Shown: piece by piece, positions 48,304 through 61,158 of the stretch
How positions within the stretch are numbered: the stretch's first letter is position 1
Layout: every line of letters begins with the position of its first letter
Assembly (NCBI GenBank): GCA_008632985.1
Contig: QPGO01000091.1
Coordinates: 1 to 64,000 of the forward strand
Length of the DNA stretch: 64,000 nt
From: Psammoneis japonica
Taxonomy: Eukaryota
Direction of reading: 5' to 3'
Notes under the pieces: model-generated
Told to the model about the DNA's origin: nothing
Databases searched by the model: none
What the model saw: the letters and a program-made list of their open reading frames with translations, nothing else
Program-made: the position numbers and the translations under genes

Positions 48304-49479
48304 ATGGGTGACAAAAGCAATGGAAAGAATAGGCCGAAATCAGAGACGGGTCCGAGCGCGAGAAACAGTCGATCTCAAGTGTCTCTGGTGTTTGTGCTTG
48401 GCACACTGTTTGGGCCGTGTTTGTTCATCTTTGGCGGTGTCTATTACAAATACGGCCCTACGTTTTTCTTTGGCAAGGGTTTTTATGATTTAAAACACAC
48501 CCCAAAAGAATGGGTATCACTTTTACAAGGCAAGACTATTCTTCTTATTGGAGGACCGCATCGAGCAGGGACGACCGTGTTGTGGGAAGTCATCAAGCAA
48601 CACCCACACGTTTCTGGCTTTGGAGGTACTTTTGAAACCGGCAGTGATTTTTCCGAGGGTATTTTGATTCAAGACGTGTATCCTTCCTTTGGTGTTGGGA
48701 TGGAAAAACTAATGGCCAGTGGACGAACGAATACTCAAAACAGAGGCGCCGGCAGATATGCGCTCATGGACGAAGCACAGGTTCACATGACGGAAAATCA
48801 CAGACTAGTGACAGGGGAGAATTTTGCCAAAGTACTGAATCGATTTGGTCAGCACTGGAATTTGACGGCTCCTGTACTAGTGGAGAAAAGTCCCCCAACT
48901 GCCGTCATGAGTCGATTTCTCCAAGCACTGTACAATGTTCCCGTCGATGGCATCGATGATGCTTCAATAACACCCACGCACAAGACAAAGTTTCTATTCA
49001 TTACGCGACACCCCATTCCAAATGCATATGCACATCACCACTTGTTAGGCGGTTCCCATGCTGTTTCGTTTCAGGCCCTCATGGACAATTACATTCAGTT
49101 ACACAACTATCTCATGACGGACATGCCGTTTCTCCAACACGATCCCATGTTGATTCGATTGGAGGATTTCGTCGCGGATCCTTCCACTGTTCTCGCCAAC
49201 CTGTTTGAATGGCTTGGTGTTGATCACTCCAAGGAAGTAGTACAAGATGTTTTGGTAGACATACCAATCAAGGACGACATTAATGAAAAATACTTTCAAA
49301 AGTGGTGCATGCTCCCCGCCACGTCCCGTGACCAATTTGCCAAAGCATATCAGCCCAAGTTGGACAGAATAGGCATGGATTATCAACTTTCTGGGAATTG
49401 CAAAGACGATAGCAAAGTGATTCCCTCTACTAGAATAAAATCAGGAGAAGCGGGGTCGGGCGATGACGGGGAGCTTTAA
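48304..49479 (+). CDS. Membrane-anchored sulfotransferase
   Basis: TM; IGGPHRAGTT (5'-PSB loop), EKSPP, FITRHP (3'-PB), IRLEDFVADP. Confidence 0.85.
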   Translation: MGDKSNGKNRPKSETGPSARNSRSQVSLVFVLGTLFGPCLFIFGGVYYKYGPTFFFGKGFYDLKHTPKEWVSLLQGKTILLIGGPHRAGTTVLWEVIKQHPHVSGFGGTFETGSDFSEGILIQDVYPSFGVGMEKLMASGRTNTQNRGAGRYALMDEAQVHMTENHRLVTGENFAKVLNRFGQHWNLTAPVLVEKSPPTAVMSRFLQALYNVPVDGIDDASITPTHKTKFLFITRHPIPNAYAHHHLLGGSHAVSFQALMDNYIQLHNYLMTDMPFLQHDPMLIRLEDFVADPSTVLANLFEWLGVDHSKEVVQDVLVDIPIKDDINEKYFQKWCMLPATSRDQFAKAYQPKLDRIGMDYQLSGNCKDDSKVIPSTRIKSGEAGSGDDGEL

Positions 49480-49819
49480 CTAGTAGGGCTACTGCAAAAC
49501 GATCGATCGGACGGAGTGCCAAATCGCATACTTTTTAGCACCGCGTTAGATCTCCGTAGCTCATTTTCTGATAGAACATGCTCATGTCTCTGCTCTCTGC
49601 GTAGTTAGTTGGAAGAACTCATCATAAAAGGCATTGAGCATACCACATAGCAGAACTCCCGATCGCCTGCCATGATGACCCGACGCAGACAAACTGACAC
49701 AACAGTTCTGCGAGCTTCTTCGTCACAAATCGATCGAGCTCGCGACACACCGACACGTGTTACGGTTTGTTGCTGGTTGCTGAACATACTATCATTCGAA
49801 TTCTTGATCAAGAAACACC

Positions 49820-51598
49820 ATGACGATGATTTCCGGATGTAACCGACGGTGTATTGCGGTTGTTGCTAATGCTGTGATTGCCTTGTCGTTTGCAAAGAAT
49901 GGGAGCCTGGCGTTTCAGCCTCCGCGAACGGTGATTCAGCCCCGCTCCATGCATCTTCAGCCACTCACCGTCATGGCCAGCAGCAGCAACAGCAGTCCTC
50001 GGGAGCAATTGATGGAGAAACTTCCTTCGCAGTCGGTTGTAAAAGCGGTAGAGAAACTCAATGGAAGTGGTATCATTGCATCCGACGTGGCGGCGACTGC
50101 GGGTATTTCGTTATCCAAGGCCAAACAGGAACTCACGACGCTTGCTGCGGTTTCTCAGGCAGATCTCGCCGTATCGAACGAGGGAGAAATCCTGTACAAA
50201 TTCCCAAAGAACTTGAACGGAGTCTTGACGCAAAACTCAGCCAAATACAAAACGATTCAAACCTTTCGAAAGCTCTGGCCGGGCATATTCTGGGGACTAC
50301 GCGTATCCTTTGGTGTGGCCCTGTTTGCTTCGTTGGTGGCTATTTTTAGCACAATTATGTTTATTCAAACGTCGGCTTCCACGAGCGATGACGACCGACG
50401 ACGTGATGATCGTGGATTTGGTGGTGGCGGTGGTGGTGGATTCGGAAGAGGCATGAGCTGGTATTGGGGACCGAGTCCGTTTGATTTCTTTTATTATCGT
50501 CCATATGGAACGTACGGGTATTATGGTGCAAACACTCGAAGTGATCCAGACGAAATGGGACTGTTGGAATCCATCTTTAGTTATGTCTTTGGCGATGGTA
50601 ATCCCAACACTGGTTTGGAGGAACGGCGCTTGAAGATTGTCTCTGACATGATTCGACAGAATGAAGGCGCAGTCACGGCTGAACAGCTTGCACCCTTTGT
50701 TGACGACGCACCATCACCAGACACCAGTTCCGATTATGTCGATGAGAGTTATGTTTTGCCAATCGTCTCGAGTCTGGGTGGGGAGCCCATTGTCACTGAG
50801 GATGGTGAGATTGTCTATGTCTTTCCGGAACTACTTCAAACTTCAGCCCTACCTGCTTACTCGTCGTCAAGGCCTAGTTTGACGACCGCACGAGATGCCA
50901 TGATTTTGCGCAAGGCAGGCTTGAAACCAACCGCAAAGCCGGGAGACATTATCAGACTCTTGAATTACAACGGGATCTCTACTGGTGGGGTGGTGGAGAA
51001 GCGAGAATTGATGGCAATGCTCGAGGAGGCTCTACCTGCCACGAGTGAAGCCGAAGAAGCCGAGTTGATGTCGTCAGATCCTACGGTTCTGCAAGAACGA
51101 GAGTACAAGTTCAGTTTGGCTCCTGGCTTTAACAAGTTCCTTGCCGGTGGATTAGGGGCCGTAAATCTTGGTGGAGCCCTGTATCTGGGTAACTTGCTCG
51201 GCCAGTACGCGGCATATGGTGTTCGACTTCCGGCTTACTTTGGAACAGTTCAAGCGTTGTATCCGTTGCTATTGGGTTATGCAGTCTTGTACAATGCCGT
51301 TCCTTTTGTTAGGAACTTGTGGATTGGAGCTGAAAACGAAAAAATAAGGCAACGCAACAAGAGGAGGAGGTTTTGGCAGAATGCTTTGGACAAGGCGCGA
51401 GACGGCAATACTAGGTTAGCGGCGAAGCTCAAGGCTGCGTCCAGATTCAGGAGGAAAGGCAAGAAGCTCAGTACCGCTGATTCCAACATTGTATACGACA
51501 CAAGCAAATCTATGGAAGTGAACGAAGAAAAAAGGCAGAAGCAGGATCTTGATGACTTTGACAAACTCCTCGAAGCGGACGATGCTCCATTTCAGTGA
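49820..51598 (+). CDS. Plastid-targeted At5g03900-like conserved membrane protein
   Basis: Signal peptide plus SLAFQPP (ASAFAP-type); LESIFSYVFGDGNPN, N.GAVTAEQLAP motifs. Confidence 0.8.
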   Translation: MTMISGCNRRCIAVVANAVIALSFAKNGSLAFQPPRTVIQPRSMHLQPLTVMASSSNSSPREQLMEKLPSQSVVKAVEKLNGSGIIASDVAATAGISLSKAKQELTTLAAVSQADLAVSNEGEILYKFPKNLNGVLTQNSAKYKTIQTFRKLWPGIFWGLRVSFGVALFASLVAIFSTIMFIQTSASTSDDDRRRDDRGFGGGGGGGFGRGMSWYWGPSPFDFFYYRPYGTYGYYGANTRSDPDEMGLLESIFSYVFGDGNPNTGLEERRLKIVSDMIRQNEGAVTAEQLAPFVDDAPSPDTSSDYVDESYVLPIVSSLGGEPIVTEDGEIVYVFPELLQTSALPAYSSSRPSLTTARDAMILRKAGLKPTAKPGDIIRLLNYNGISTGGVVEKRELMAMLEEALPATSEAEEAELMSSDPTVLQEREYKFSLAPGFNKFLAGGLGAVNLGGALYLGNLLGQYAAYGVRLPAYFGTVQALYPLLLGYAVLYNAVPFVRNLWIGAENEKIRQRNKRRRFWQNALDKARDGNTRLAAKLKAASRFRRKGKKLSTADSNIVYDTSKSMEVNEEKRQKQDLDDFDKLLEADDAPFQ

Positions 51599-52010
51599 AA
51601 GTTCCATTGACTTTCTAAGGTTTTAACATTTAGTTGAACAGTTTTAACGCCATCATCATCGGTTTACCTACAGGAGGTGGTCATTATTTGTGCTCCTCTA
51701 TTCGAGGGGGGTTTTCACGCGACATGTTGCAATGGCCGCAAGTTTCGAGTTCCGAAAATTTAGCCCGTGAAATTTGTATTGACGCTACATACGTAGCTCA
51801 TACTGACACTCGTAGTATGACAGATCTGAAACCGAAGCACTTGCCTAAATCTTTTTTTATTCGTGGATGATAATAGCATTCTTTTTCGAAAATTTGAGGA
51901 GGAACGACCTCCGATTTTCTTTTCGAATAACACCCCCAAAGGTTCGCTCTGAAAGATGAGCGGCATTGGACCAGCGCATAGCTTTACCAAACCTCCTAAA
52001 AATCTTCGAC

Positions 52011-53426
52011 ATGAAGCAAAAGACAATTACTTCGACTGGAATACGAATCTTGTTCGTGACCGCAGTGCTCGTTGCAACACGTCTCTTCTTTCTTCTGCAG
52101 CCTTGTGAACAGGTCGAAAACGAAGAAAAAGTGGCGCTCGATTCATCCACCACAACGACAGCAGCGACAGTGACCACTCCCACCAACAAGGTTCCATATC
52201 TTAGACATAACGATGAAAAGATTAGTGAGGATGAAGATTCAGTCTCAAAAGCTAGAACAGACATGGTGAAGTCGAAGGACAAACAGGCCGATAAGCCGTT
52301 GTTCGTACTCCATATCGGACCAAGAAAGACAGGAACCTCTACAATTCAACAAGTTGCTGCTGCCCACCAAAAAGTACTACAAGAAAACGACTTCTACTAT
52401 CTAGGGCATTTTGGTAAATCGCAGGAGACTAACCTGCATGCGTTGTCAGATGACTGTCTGGGACGATGCAGCCAGAAGAAGAAAAAGAAGAACAAACCAC
52501 GGAATTGCGACTGTGAGGGAAAATGGGCGGAATTTGCAACAAAAATAAAAGACCATCGCCAGAAAGGACATAACGTTTTCCTCTCCGACGAGACATTCAA
52601 TCGATTTCTTGTTGTGAAGGACAAGGAAGCGTTTTTGTGGGACCAATTGCTCTCAATTCTCGACGGTTGGAACGTCCGTGTAGTCTTCACCTACAGAAAA
52701 TACCATAGCTGGATCCCTTCGTCTTATATTCAATCATTTTATCCGAGTGGAGGGCTTACTGACAAACGACAAAGATGGCCCGACGATGGAGGAAGGATCA
52801 TTCCTTCCTTCCCTGAATACTTCGAACGATTTGTAGTACAAGAAGAGAAACAACCCATGACCATCTTGAACAAATGGAAAGAAAAGCTTCCCAGTGCTAC
52901 TTTCTTTGTTGCCAACATGCATCAGACTAGCGGTACATTCGTAACAAACTTTTTCTGTCAAGCCATGCCAGAAGCACGCAGAATCTGCGACCAACTCAAG
53001 AAGGAAGAGAAGGAAATATCCAGCACGAGTTTCAATTCTGCTTCGACCAAGGATGCCTTGCATTTTGATATGATTGCCACTGCCGCTTATATGGACGGCT
53101 TGTTAGGAAAGGAGTCTTCAAGGCCTCTTGTATCTCATGCCATTGAAGAGCATGCGACAAACACACTAGGGCTGAAGTCCCTCGTAGACTTTCCTTATCT
53201 CGAGTGTTTGTCTTCAGAACAGAGCGAACTGCTTTTCAACATGTCTGTAGCTTTGGAATCTGAGTTGTTGCCTGACTTATACAGCCAAGAAGAAATGAAA
53301 GAGTCGTTCAAGAATGCAACATCGAAGGGTTCGTTTTGCTCCGTCGATTCTCAACGCACTATAAGAGACCCAAAGTGGAGAGAATTCTTTCAAAAGCAAA
53401 AGAACACTGTAACCGATGGATCTTGA
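52011..53426 (+). CDS. Sulfotransferase-like P-loop protein, type II membrane
   Basis: LHIGPRKTGTSTIQ, LSDE, VVFTYRKYHSWIPSSY. Confidence 0.8.
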   Translation: MKQKTITSTGIRILFVTAVLVATRLFFLLQPCEQVENEEKVALDSSTTTTAATVTTPTNKVPYLRHNDEKISEDEDSVSKARTDMVKSKDKQADKPLFVLHIGPRKTGTSTIQQVAAAHQKVLQENDFYYLGHFGKSQETNLHALSDDCLGRCSQKKKKKNKPRNCDCEGKWAEFATKIKDHRQKGHNVFLSDETFNRFLVVKDKEAFLWDQLLSILDGWNVRVVFTYRKYHSWIPSSYIQSFYPSGGLTDKRQRWPDDGGRIIPSFPEYFERFVVQEEKQPMTILNKWKEKLPSATFFVANMHQTSGTFVTNFFCQAMPEARRICDQLKKEEKEISSTSFNSASTKDALHFDMIATAAYMDGLLGKESSRPLVSHAIEEHATNTLGLKSLVDFPYLECLSSEQSELLFNMSVALESELLPDLYSQEEMKESFKNATSKGSFCSVDSQRTIRDPKWREFFQKQKNTVTDGS

Positions 53427-54015
53427 AAGCTCCTCAAAAGCAGAAGTATTGTCCAAAAGCTTTGGCTACTACCAATCTTATTGGTTCAGGGGATCAGTTA
53501 TTGAACGGATGAATAACTTCATTCCAAAATAACGGATTCCAGCGTTGCTAGTAAAGCTATAACATGTAGTTCTCCGCGCGATGACGACTCGTTTCGTCTC
53601 TCTAAATCAGCTCTGTGTTTGCCTGCTAATGCTAATGCGATTGCTTTCGAGCATGCGATGTGTATCTAGGGTGTTTTTAGAAGTATCAAGCGAGATCACT
53701 GCATGGGGCGAGGATACGCGAAAAGTAAATTGTTTCATCGAACTTCGACTTCGATCCGAGTATTTATGCTGAAACCCCGCAGGGATCAACACCATGCAAG
53801 CGAGCTCATGGCTAGGGGACGATCGGTGGTACTACCATTGTTACTACAAAGTAGTAAAAGGAAATGTAAAAACAATAAATCTATGGCTTACTTGATTTTG
53901 CTGCCGAAATCTCGCCACCGAATGGCTGAAGCAAAAGCTAGCAATTCTCTTGACTATATTCTCTCTAGAGAGTTCGAGAGAGGGAGAGTGACTGCCAGAC
54001 ATTACTGGCTTCCTC

Positions 54016-55332
54016 CTAAGTTAGGTTTCTAAAGAATTTCTTCCATCTCGCGTCGAGCAAAGTAGCATTGGCATCAATCGAGCAAAATGCTCCCTTTTTC
54101 GTCTGATCTTCAAAATCAGAACGTAGGTCATCTGCCCCCTTGTTTGACCCAAGCATAATTGCTTGTGTTTCCAGGGCAATTTTCAATAGTTTTTCAGATT
54201 GGTCTTTGCTGAGGCATACCTGTGGAAAATCTGATATCGACTTCATGCCCAGCTCTAAAGCGAATTCTTCGGCTTTCGCGGATACCTCCTTTCTTGACAA
54301 CGACTTTTTCACCAATCCTTGCTGGTATGCCGTCACAACCAGCATGTCAAAATGAAGAACATCCTTGTTGTCTTTCGTATTCATCAAAAAGTTCGATCCT
54401 TCCTGTTTTAGTCTCTGACAAAAATGTTTTGCCTCGGGCATCATTGTGCAAAAAAAGTTGGTCAACATATCATCGGTGTCATGCATGTTGAAAACCTGAA
54501 CCTTTCCTGGGAATTTCTCTTCCCACTTGGATTTCACCCAATCGGGCTGTTTTGCGCTTTGTTGTGAAAACCGCATCAAGTATTCCGGGAAAGTCGGAAT
54601 TACCCAGCCCCCTCTATCCGGCCAACTTTCTCTTGCTTTCCGGTTGTGACTGCCTCTCGGATGATAGGACTGGTGATATGAGCTTGGAATCCAAGAGTGG
54701 TAGTGACGATACGTGAAGACAATGCGTAGCCGCCAACCGCGAAGAATAGGGAGAAGGTGATCCCACAACATGTCGTCTTTGTCCTCCAAGAAGAACCGAT
54801 TTAAGGTTTCATCAGATATCATCACATTATGACCCTGAGCAAAGTGCTCACTCACGGTGAGATTGAAGTCTTGCCACCGTTTCTCGCAGTTGCAGTCTCC
54901 ACCGGATTGACATTGGAGGCAAAAGTCCGACAGGAAGTGGAAGTTGGTTTCGTAGTGCTTGCCATAATGCCCCAGATAGTGAAAGTTCGCTCGTTCCAGC
55001 TCATCCTCGTTTGCTTGCGCAAACTTTTGAACAGCCGAAGTACCTGTCTTTCTTGGGCCAACGTGCAGGACCATCAATGGCGATCCAACTCTGGCTGAGC
55101 CAGACTCATCAGGGAGCACGGGTATTCGATCATCCTCATTTTTCTGTTCATTCTCAGTTCCGACAACCTCGCTCATGTTTTGCCCTTTTAAGACGACATC
55201 TAATCTCGCTCGCAGCAACACATTCTCATGGTGTAGCACTCTTATATTGTCCAACAATCTAAAAGTGGCAGTTGCCATAAAGGTGGCCACCGCAACTAGC
55301 ATCCATCGGAGCACCATGTTGGGGGCAACCAT
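54016..55332 (-). CDS. Sulfotransferase-like P-loop protein, paralog of 52011-53426
   Basis: LHVGPRKTGTSAVQ, ISDE, IVFTYRHYHSWIPSSY, NFFCTMMPEA, LHFDM. Confidence 0.8.
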   Translation of the reverse strand: MVAPNMVLRWMLVAVATFMATATFRLLDNIRVLHHENVLLRARLDVVLKGQNMSEVVGTENEQKNEDDRIPVLPDESGSARVGSPLMVLHVGPRKTGTSAVQKFAQANEDELERANFHYLGHYGKHYETNFHFLSDFCLQCQSGGDCNCEKRWQDFNLTVSEHFAQGHNVMISDETLNRFFLEDKDDMLWDHLLPILRGWRLRIVFTYRHYHSWIPSSYHQSYHPRGSHNRKARESWPDRGGWVIPTFPEYLMRFSQQSAKQPDWVKSKWEEKFPGKVQVFNMHDTDDMLTNFFCTMMPEAKHFCQRLKQEGSNFLMNTKDNKDVLHFDMLVVTAYQQGLVKKSLSRKEVSAKAEEFALELGMKSISDFPQVCLSKDQSEKLLKIALETQAIMLGSNKGADDLRSDFEDQTKKGAFCSIDANATLLDARWKKFFRNLT

Positions 55333-55808
55333 GCACGTAATAGTAACTCTCGTCAATTGAAGCGACGCATGACGAAAAGTGACGAAAGAGCCCGGTTGTT
55401 GCCGTTTTTGCGGTTGTTTACAGCTTCTCGTTTAGTCTGTCTTGCGCCGTTTCCAAAATTTATTTAACGTACGCTCCGTCCGAAGACATTGGGGTATTTA
55501 TATAGACATTTATTATATATACACATACCAATAAGGTTATATTTCAAAACACAATGGGATCGGACTTCTGCCAAAAACATGCCATGTCCCCCGCCCTCCT
55601 CTGCTTCGAGCAGACACACTTCCTGGGTTTCAACACGTAAAACGGATTGGGCACCACCAGAACGTCGTTTAGACGGACACTGAGACAACAAACGCAAGAC
55701 TGCGAACTGCGAGAGCGCGAAACATGACACATTGACCATGCTGCGGCTGAAGGGTGAAACGTTATCGTCGGCTTTCGCATACGGTAGCTGAGTTGTAATA
55801 ATTGAAGT

Positions 55809-57024
55809 ATGGCTCATCGCAGACGAGGAGTCGGTGTAGGCCGATCTTCAGGTCCAAAGTAAGCACGGAAAATTCCTGTTGTATCGAAAGCCTCAGAAAT
55901 CTCGCATCCTACGCCGCTAACTACATCCTGGATGATGACGACCTAGCGCTATACCTTATGAATCTTTTGTTCCATGAAGATTGCGTTTATAACCTTTGTA
56001 TTCGTACTGTCTGACAGTTTCTGGTTGCTGATAGAAAGAAGCAAGATTGTGCTGAAATACGATCTTGCGCTCACTTTTTCTCGATTTTGATTGTTACAAA
56101 CTTTAACAGATTTTCAAAGAAGGCAGAAGAAATGAAATCCATGTCAATGCAATCTGCCATGGAGACAGTTGAAAAGGTATTTGGCTCGTTGTCTCTCTGT
56201 CTATAGTGCATCCCAAGAAGATTATCATGCCTCATCTTTCGTTTCTCGAATCCTCAGCTCGAAGTAAAACTGACCCAGTTTGCCAAAAAGCACAAGAATG
56301 AAATCCAGCAGGATCCAGCGTTTCGACAAAAGTTTTTAGAAATGTGTGGTCCACTCGGAGTCGATCCGTTGCTGTCCAAGAAGTCCTTTTGGTCGAATTT
56401 GTTGGGAGATATGAGTGACTTTTACTACGAACTAGCGGTCAAAGTTGCAGAGGTTTGTGTTGCAACCAGAAGTCGAAACGGTGGCATTATATCCGTTGGT
56501 GAGGTGAGCGAGATTCTTGCCAAGCGTGGGACAAAATTCAAAATGGCACAAGGTAGTGATCGGAAATCTTCATCAAAGAAAAAGAAAAAGGAGCTTCTGT
56601 ACAGCACAAACGACATTGAAACAGCCATTAAGAAACTCAGCGCTTTGGGTGGTGGGTTTCGCACCATTCAAGTCGGATCATCCACAATGATTGTCTCTGT
56701 TCCAACCGAACTTGACAATGATCACATGGAAATCATGACTCTTGCCCAAGAGCGCGAAGGCCAGGTGTCGCTGGAAGAAGTCCAGAATGCAACGAAATGG
56801 AGTGAAGAAAGATCAAAACGAGCGTTGGATTTGTTGTTGGGACAAGGAATGGCATGGATAGATGAATACCGGGGTCAAGAGCTGTATTGGTTTCCAAGGT
56901 TTGTGTTGCTCCTTCCAACGCCTGTATTATTCTCCGTGTCGTGTGGCTTTGTTTTTTATCTCACACCCCTTCTTCCAATTTTCTTTCCAGTGTCTGGAAA
57001 GAAGGCTTTAGCATCGAGAGCTAG
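55809..57024 (+). CDS. SNF8: ESCRT-II subunit Vps22/SNF8; exons 55809-55858, 56110-56176, 56258-56898, 56991-57024
   Basis: MAHRRRGVGVG; FAKKHKNEIQQDPAFRQKFLEMCGPLGVDPL; DFYYELAV; GMAWID..YWFPS; three GT-AG introns keep the frame. Confidence 0.93.
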
Positions 57025-57782
57025 AAATCTGATGTAGTGTGTTTAGTAGGATTTGCTTGTCTATGAAGGTGGACGCATCAGGAACAATTGAACTGTCCCC
57101 AAAACGAGCCCAAGTTAGTCCACTCGAACCCCTACACAGTTTCGTATCGAACGTCTGAAGTACCAAACCGAGTAACCTGCACATACCGTATGGCTCAGTA
57201 ATATTCCTGTTTGTGGCGCGACCAATAGCTCTTTTGGTACTTCTTGGAACAAAGATTGTACTCCGGACTCATGAGCTTGCAGTTGTCGCACTTTTTTACT
57301 GCGTTTGCGCCGATTATGAAATTCGTTTCCCGCATACTCTTCAATTCACACTCTCCATCTCGAAGTCAATAATGGACGCTGTAGAGTGTGTTTTCAAAGT
57401 CAACGAAGCCAAAAATTTAAGAATGGGAATCCCCGTCGCCGCCATGAGAGCGTCTCTTTGCGGGAGAATTTTCAAAGTGAACGATACGACTACTTGGACT
57501 GAGTCATTCAGTCGGTCAGGCGTCCGTTTTTCCCGCCAAAACTCGCGTAGATTCTACGTGACTTCAGTAGAGAAAAAAACTTTCGTATATTCTCCCGTAG
57601 CATTCTACGAATGACGCCTGTCCATCCCACCGCTCGAAGAATCGCCCTCACAAATCTTCACCCGCAACGCCTCGCAAAATGAGCACAAGACACAAGAGCT
57701 TTGTGCTAAGGACGACAACGACGACAAATCTGAAGATTAGAAAGGTCTTTGACTCTATTTTGTTGTTATACAAAGCATCAAG

Positions 57783-59785
57783 ATGAATTTAGAACTGTTG
57801 GATCCCTTTCGTCGTCAAATTCCCGACCGGGTGGATTCAACCTTGGCTCGCCCTGAAGTTCTGAGTTCAAGTGCTAGCAAAAAGAGCGGAGACGAAGAAG
57901 ATAAGCAAGAAAGGGCAAGGATTCGTCAAAGAAGGACGTCGAAGATGTAGATAAGGGCGCATATCATGTTGCGTTTAATCGTCGTGGAACGTACTTGGCG
58001 GTTGGTTATGCTGGAGGAACTGTAGCCGTTCATGACTTTATGAGCCGGACGCTCTCGGCTCTGTATCGCCCACCCGATGCCACCATGATTTCGAGTAGTG
58101 CCTCGATGATAATGACGATGACGACGAGGATGAGGAGCAAAAGGACACGCCGGATGCACCAGTCACATTTCCATACGGAGTAACATCGGTGACGTGGTCG
58201 CGTCGTTCCAAGACGCTCCTGGCTGGTGCCGTGGGCGATTCACAAATTCGGCTCTTTGATACAACACACCCGTTGGGACCTGACGATTGTTTTTCACCTA
58301 CTACTCAGCCAAATGAGGATACTGATGCTCAAAAGGGAAGCGGAGATGACGCTGCGCCGCCTACAAGTAGTAAAAAGAAGCTCCATCACCATCAGCCATT
58401 ACATCCGTTATCAACGACAATGAAGATTCTGAAAAGGAAATTGCCAAAGCCAAGAAGAATTACGTAGTCTCGTCTCGCGTGGCGACGAAATGATGAGACA
58501 GCCACGCGTGCTGCATAACGTACAAGAGGTAACTTTTTCGCCCAATCCGAGTAGTGGTCCAGTGATATGGATGTTGACAATTCCGCTGCAGCAATGCGAG
58601 AACGTCACGAGGCTGCACTTCAAAAAATGAGGGAGGCAGACGCTAGATCAGCGACACCGCACAGACTCAAGAGATTTGCAACGTTACTGTGGAAGATGAA
58701 GGAGCCTCTCGGAGGTTCCCTTCAGGTTCATCCTCGACGGAGCACCTGTGGACTAGCCGTAATGCAAAGTGGGGCACTCGTCGTGTTTTACGTCCCACCC
58801 ACGGCTTGGGAATCATTCTTTGCTCTTTGGAAACCAAGCCAATTGTCAAATTTGCCACTCTCTACAATGACGAGGAACACAAGGTGACGTGTGCCGCCTT
58901 CGATCCGAACGGCGAAAAGATTTATGCAGCCACCAAGGATGGAATTATGATTGGTTTTGAAAACATGTCAAGGTTGTTCAAAGACCTTGAGCACAATGCC
59001 AGTCAAATGAAACCCATCCATCCAAAGTTTGAAATTGGTATTCCATCCAATGCCGCAACCGTTTGGCACTTGCAGGTATCAAGGAATGGCAAGTTTGTTT
59101 TGCTGAATTGTGCAGACTCGGCTTTGCGCCTATACGATACATCCGAATGCTGGTCGCAGAGCCAGAAGCGTCCAAACGTCAAGCCGACATTTTGCTTTCA
59201 AGATGTGGTTTCCAAGGTGCCCTTTGCTAGTTGCGACTTTTCGGGTGATGGGGAATACGTCGTGGGAGGATGCAATGGCAGCCGGGATGACAAGTATGAG
59301 TTGTATATATGGAACACGGCAACGGGTACGCTCATGGACCGCCTCATGGGTGCACAAGTATCGCTGTACAGCGTCACGTGGCATCCCACACGATCCTTTT
59401 TGGCTGTAGCCACGTCGGATGGTCTTATCGATATATGGGGACCACGAATGGATTGGACGGCTTTTGCACCCGACTTTCAAGCTTTGCCAATGAATGTGGA
59501 GTACGTCGAGGAAGAGGACGAGTTTGATAATGTTGTTCAAGACAACCTGTTTCGGCTGAAGAAACTACGGATATTGACGTGATGCAGCAAGATCAGCCCA
59601 TGGATGAGAGTGACGAAGTGGATGTTGTGACTGTCGAACCTGTACCTGTATTTGCTTCAGACAGCGAAAGCGAATCAGAAGTATTCTATTTTGGCACCAA
59701 AATCAAAGCGACAATGGTTGCAAGAGGACGTCCTAGCGGTTTGAGTTCTGGCAAAGCTGCAGTCGTCGAAGACAAGGAACCTTAG
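57783..59785 (+). CDS. RBBP5: RBBP5/Swd1 WD40 subunit of COMPASS, with several apparent 1-nt deletions
   Basis: MNLELLDPF, FNRRGTYLAVG, WHPTRSFLA, WTAFAPDFQALPMNVEYVEEEDEFD; spread over successive frames. Confidence 0.88.
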
Positions 59786-60045
59786 TTAAGGATTGAGAGC
59801 TATAACCAGTACGGGTATGTGGGGTTAAATTGCATGGTATGTTAGTCTGGTGCTATCCTGAATAGTTGCTCCATGAAGTCAATGTGCGGTAACTTAAGAG
59901 ACAAGCCCAACGCACTGTGGTGAAGTGACAAGACCTGCTCTGCTCGACAGCCACAGTAGTTTAGACGGTCCGCAAGAACTCTCCGACGCACGCGATCCTC
60001 ATGCAGTAAGACTTGCCCATCTAAAACATACCGACACAGCCCACA

Positions 60046-60774
60046 TCAAGCAGACGCCAAGCAACCAAAGAAGTGATAGACTTCATCGTCCATATTCAAC
60101 GCTGCCACTTGAGTTTGACAATTGTTGCAATACACAGAATAGTAAGTTCTTCTGTTGGTTTGTGATTATGATCGACAATGTAGTTACGTTGTCGGTCTTC
60201 TTCACGTTGATGCACACTGGTTTGCTTTGGTATAAGCTGCCCATCTTGTTCTGAATAGACATACTGTTGATCCCAATTGACACCGATATTCATGACAAAC
60301 ATGGCACGATACTGATTTTCGTACCGTTCGTGCTGTTGACAGTCCATACATACCGTTTGGAAACAACAAGGGCAGTTCAAAACAGCATCCGAATTTCGTG
60401 GTTTTAACACTTTCATTTGATGTGTCGTTTCTTGACTTTTGCTTTGTTGTTGCCATCATGGCTTGATGAGGGCGCAGGCTGCTGCTTTTTTACTACAGAG
60501 ATCGTCTCTTGCACGCCACCCCGCATGTGCTTGTACACCCACGCTTCATCTTCTTGATCTAAATTTTCGCCGTACAACTCATCTGGTGGCTTAGTTGTTG
60601 ATTCATTCTTTCGTTATCATGGTTACTCTCCAAGGAAGTGTCGTCGTCGTCGTGATGCACAGACGATTCTTCTTCTTCTTCGGCGCCTGAAACAATTGCG
60701 GGTCGAGCGGTGTCAGCCCGACGAACCTGAACTGCAGCGGCAGCTTCGTTGTTGTTCTCCTGATTCTGATCCAT
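60046..60774 (-). CDS. EAPP: E2F-associated phosphoprotein (Eapp_C domain), frameshifted in this sequence
   Basis: LDQEDEAWV, SDAVLNCPCCFQTVCMDCQQHERYENQYRAMFVMN, CNNCQTQVA...DEVYHFF. Confidence 0.88.
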
Positions 60775-61158
60775 TGAAAGCAAAAAAATACCGCAGTGTT
60801 CTATGGATAATAATAGTCTTGGACGTGTCGCAATAAGGCACACTGCTCTCTCTTGCGGTACCATAGGTGCTACTAGGTGGTAGGTGCCGTTCGTGTTCTT
60901 GTCTGTCTCATCCGCCCGTCACACATACCTAGGTACCGGTAGACCTTCCTTCATTTCAAGATTTTTGCCTGGGTACGGACAGACTGTACGTCAAGCGGAA
61001 ATTGGGCAGAATTTTTTGTTGGAACTCTCCCTGCGTCCGCCATGAAATCGCGTGACACTAGCAGCAATGGACATCAACAACACATCTATCTCGAAGACCA
61101 ATCACCGCCTTGCCACAGAACACATTTCACACAACACGTCTTTGTGTGTTGCAAAAGA

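Noticed and set aside
57783..60774. RBBP5 and EAPP as pseudogenes or programmed frameshifts
   Set aside because: Motifs are well conserved and the frame changes look like 1-nt deletions in two adjacent genes, most consistent with long-read consensus error; short reads would confirm
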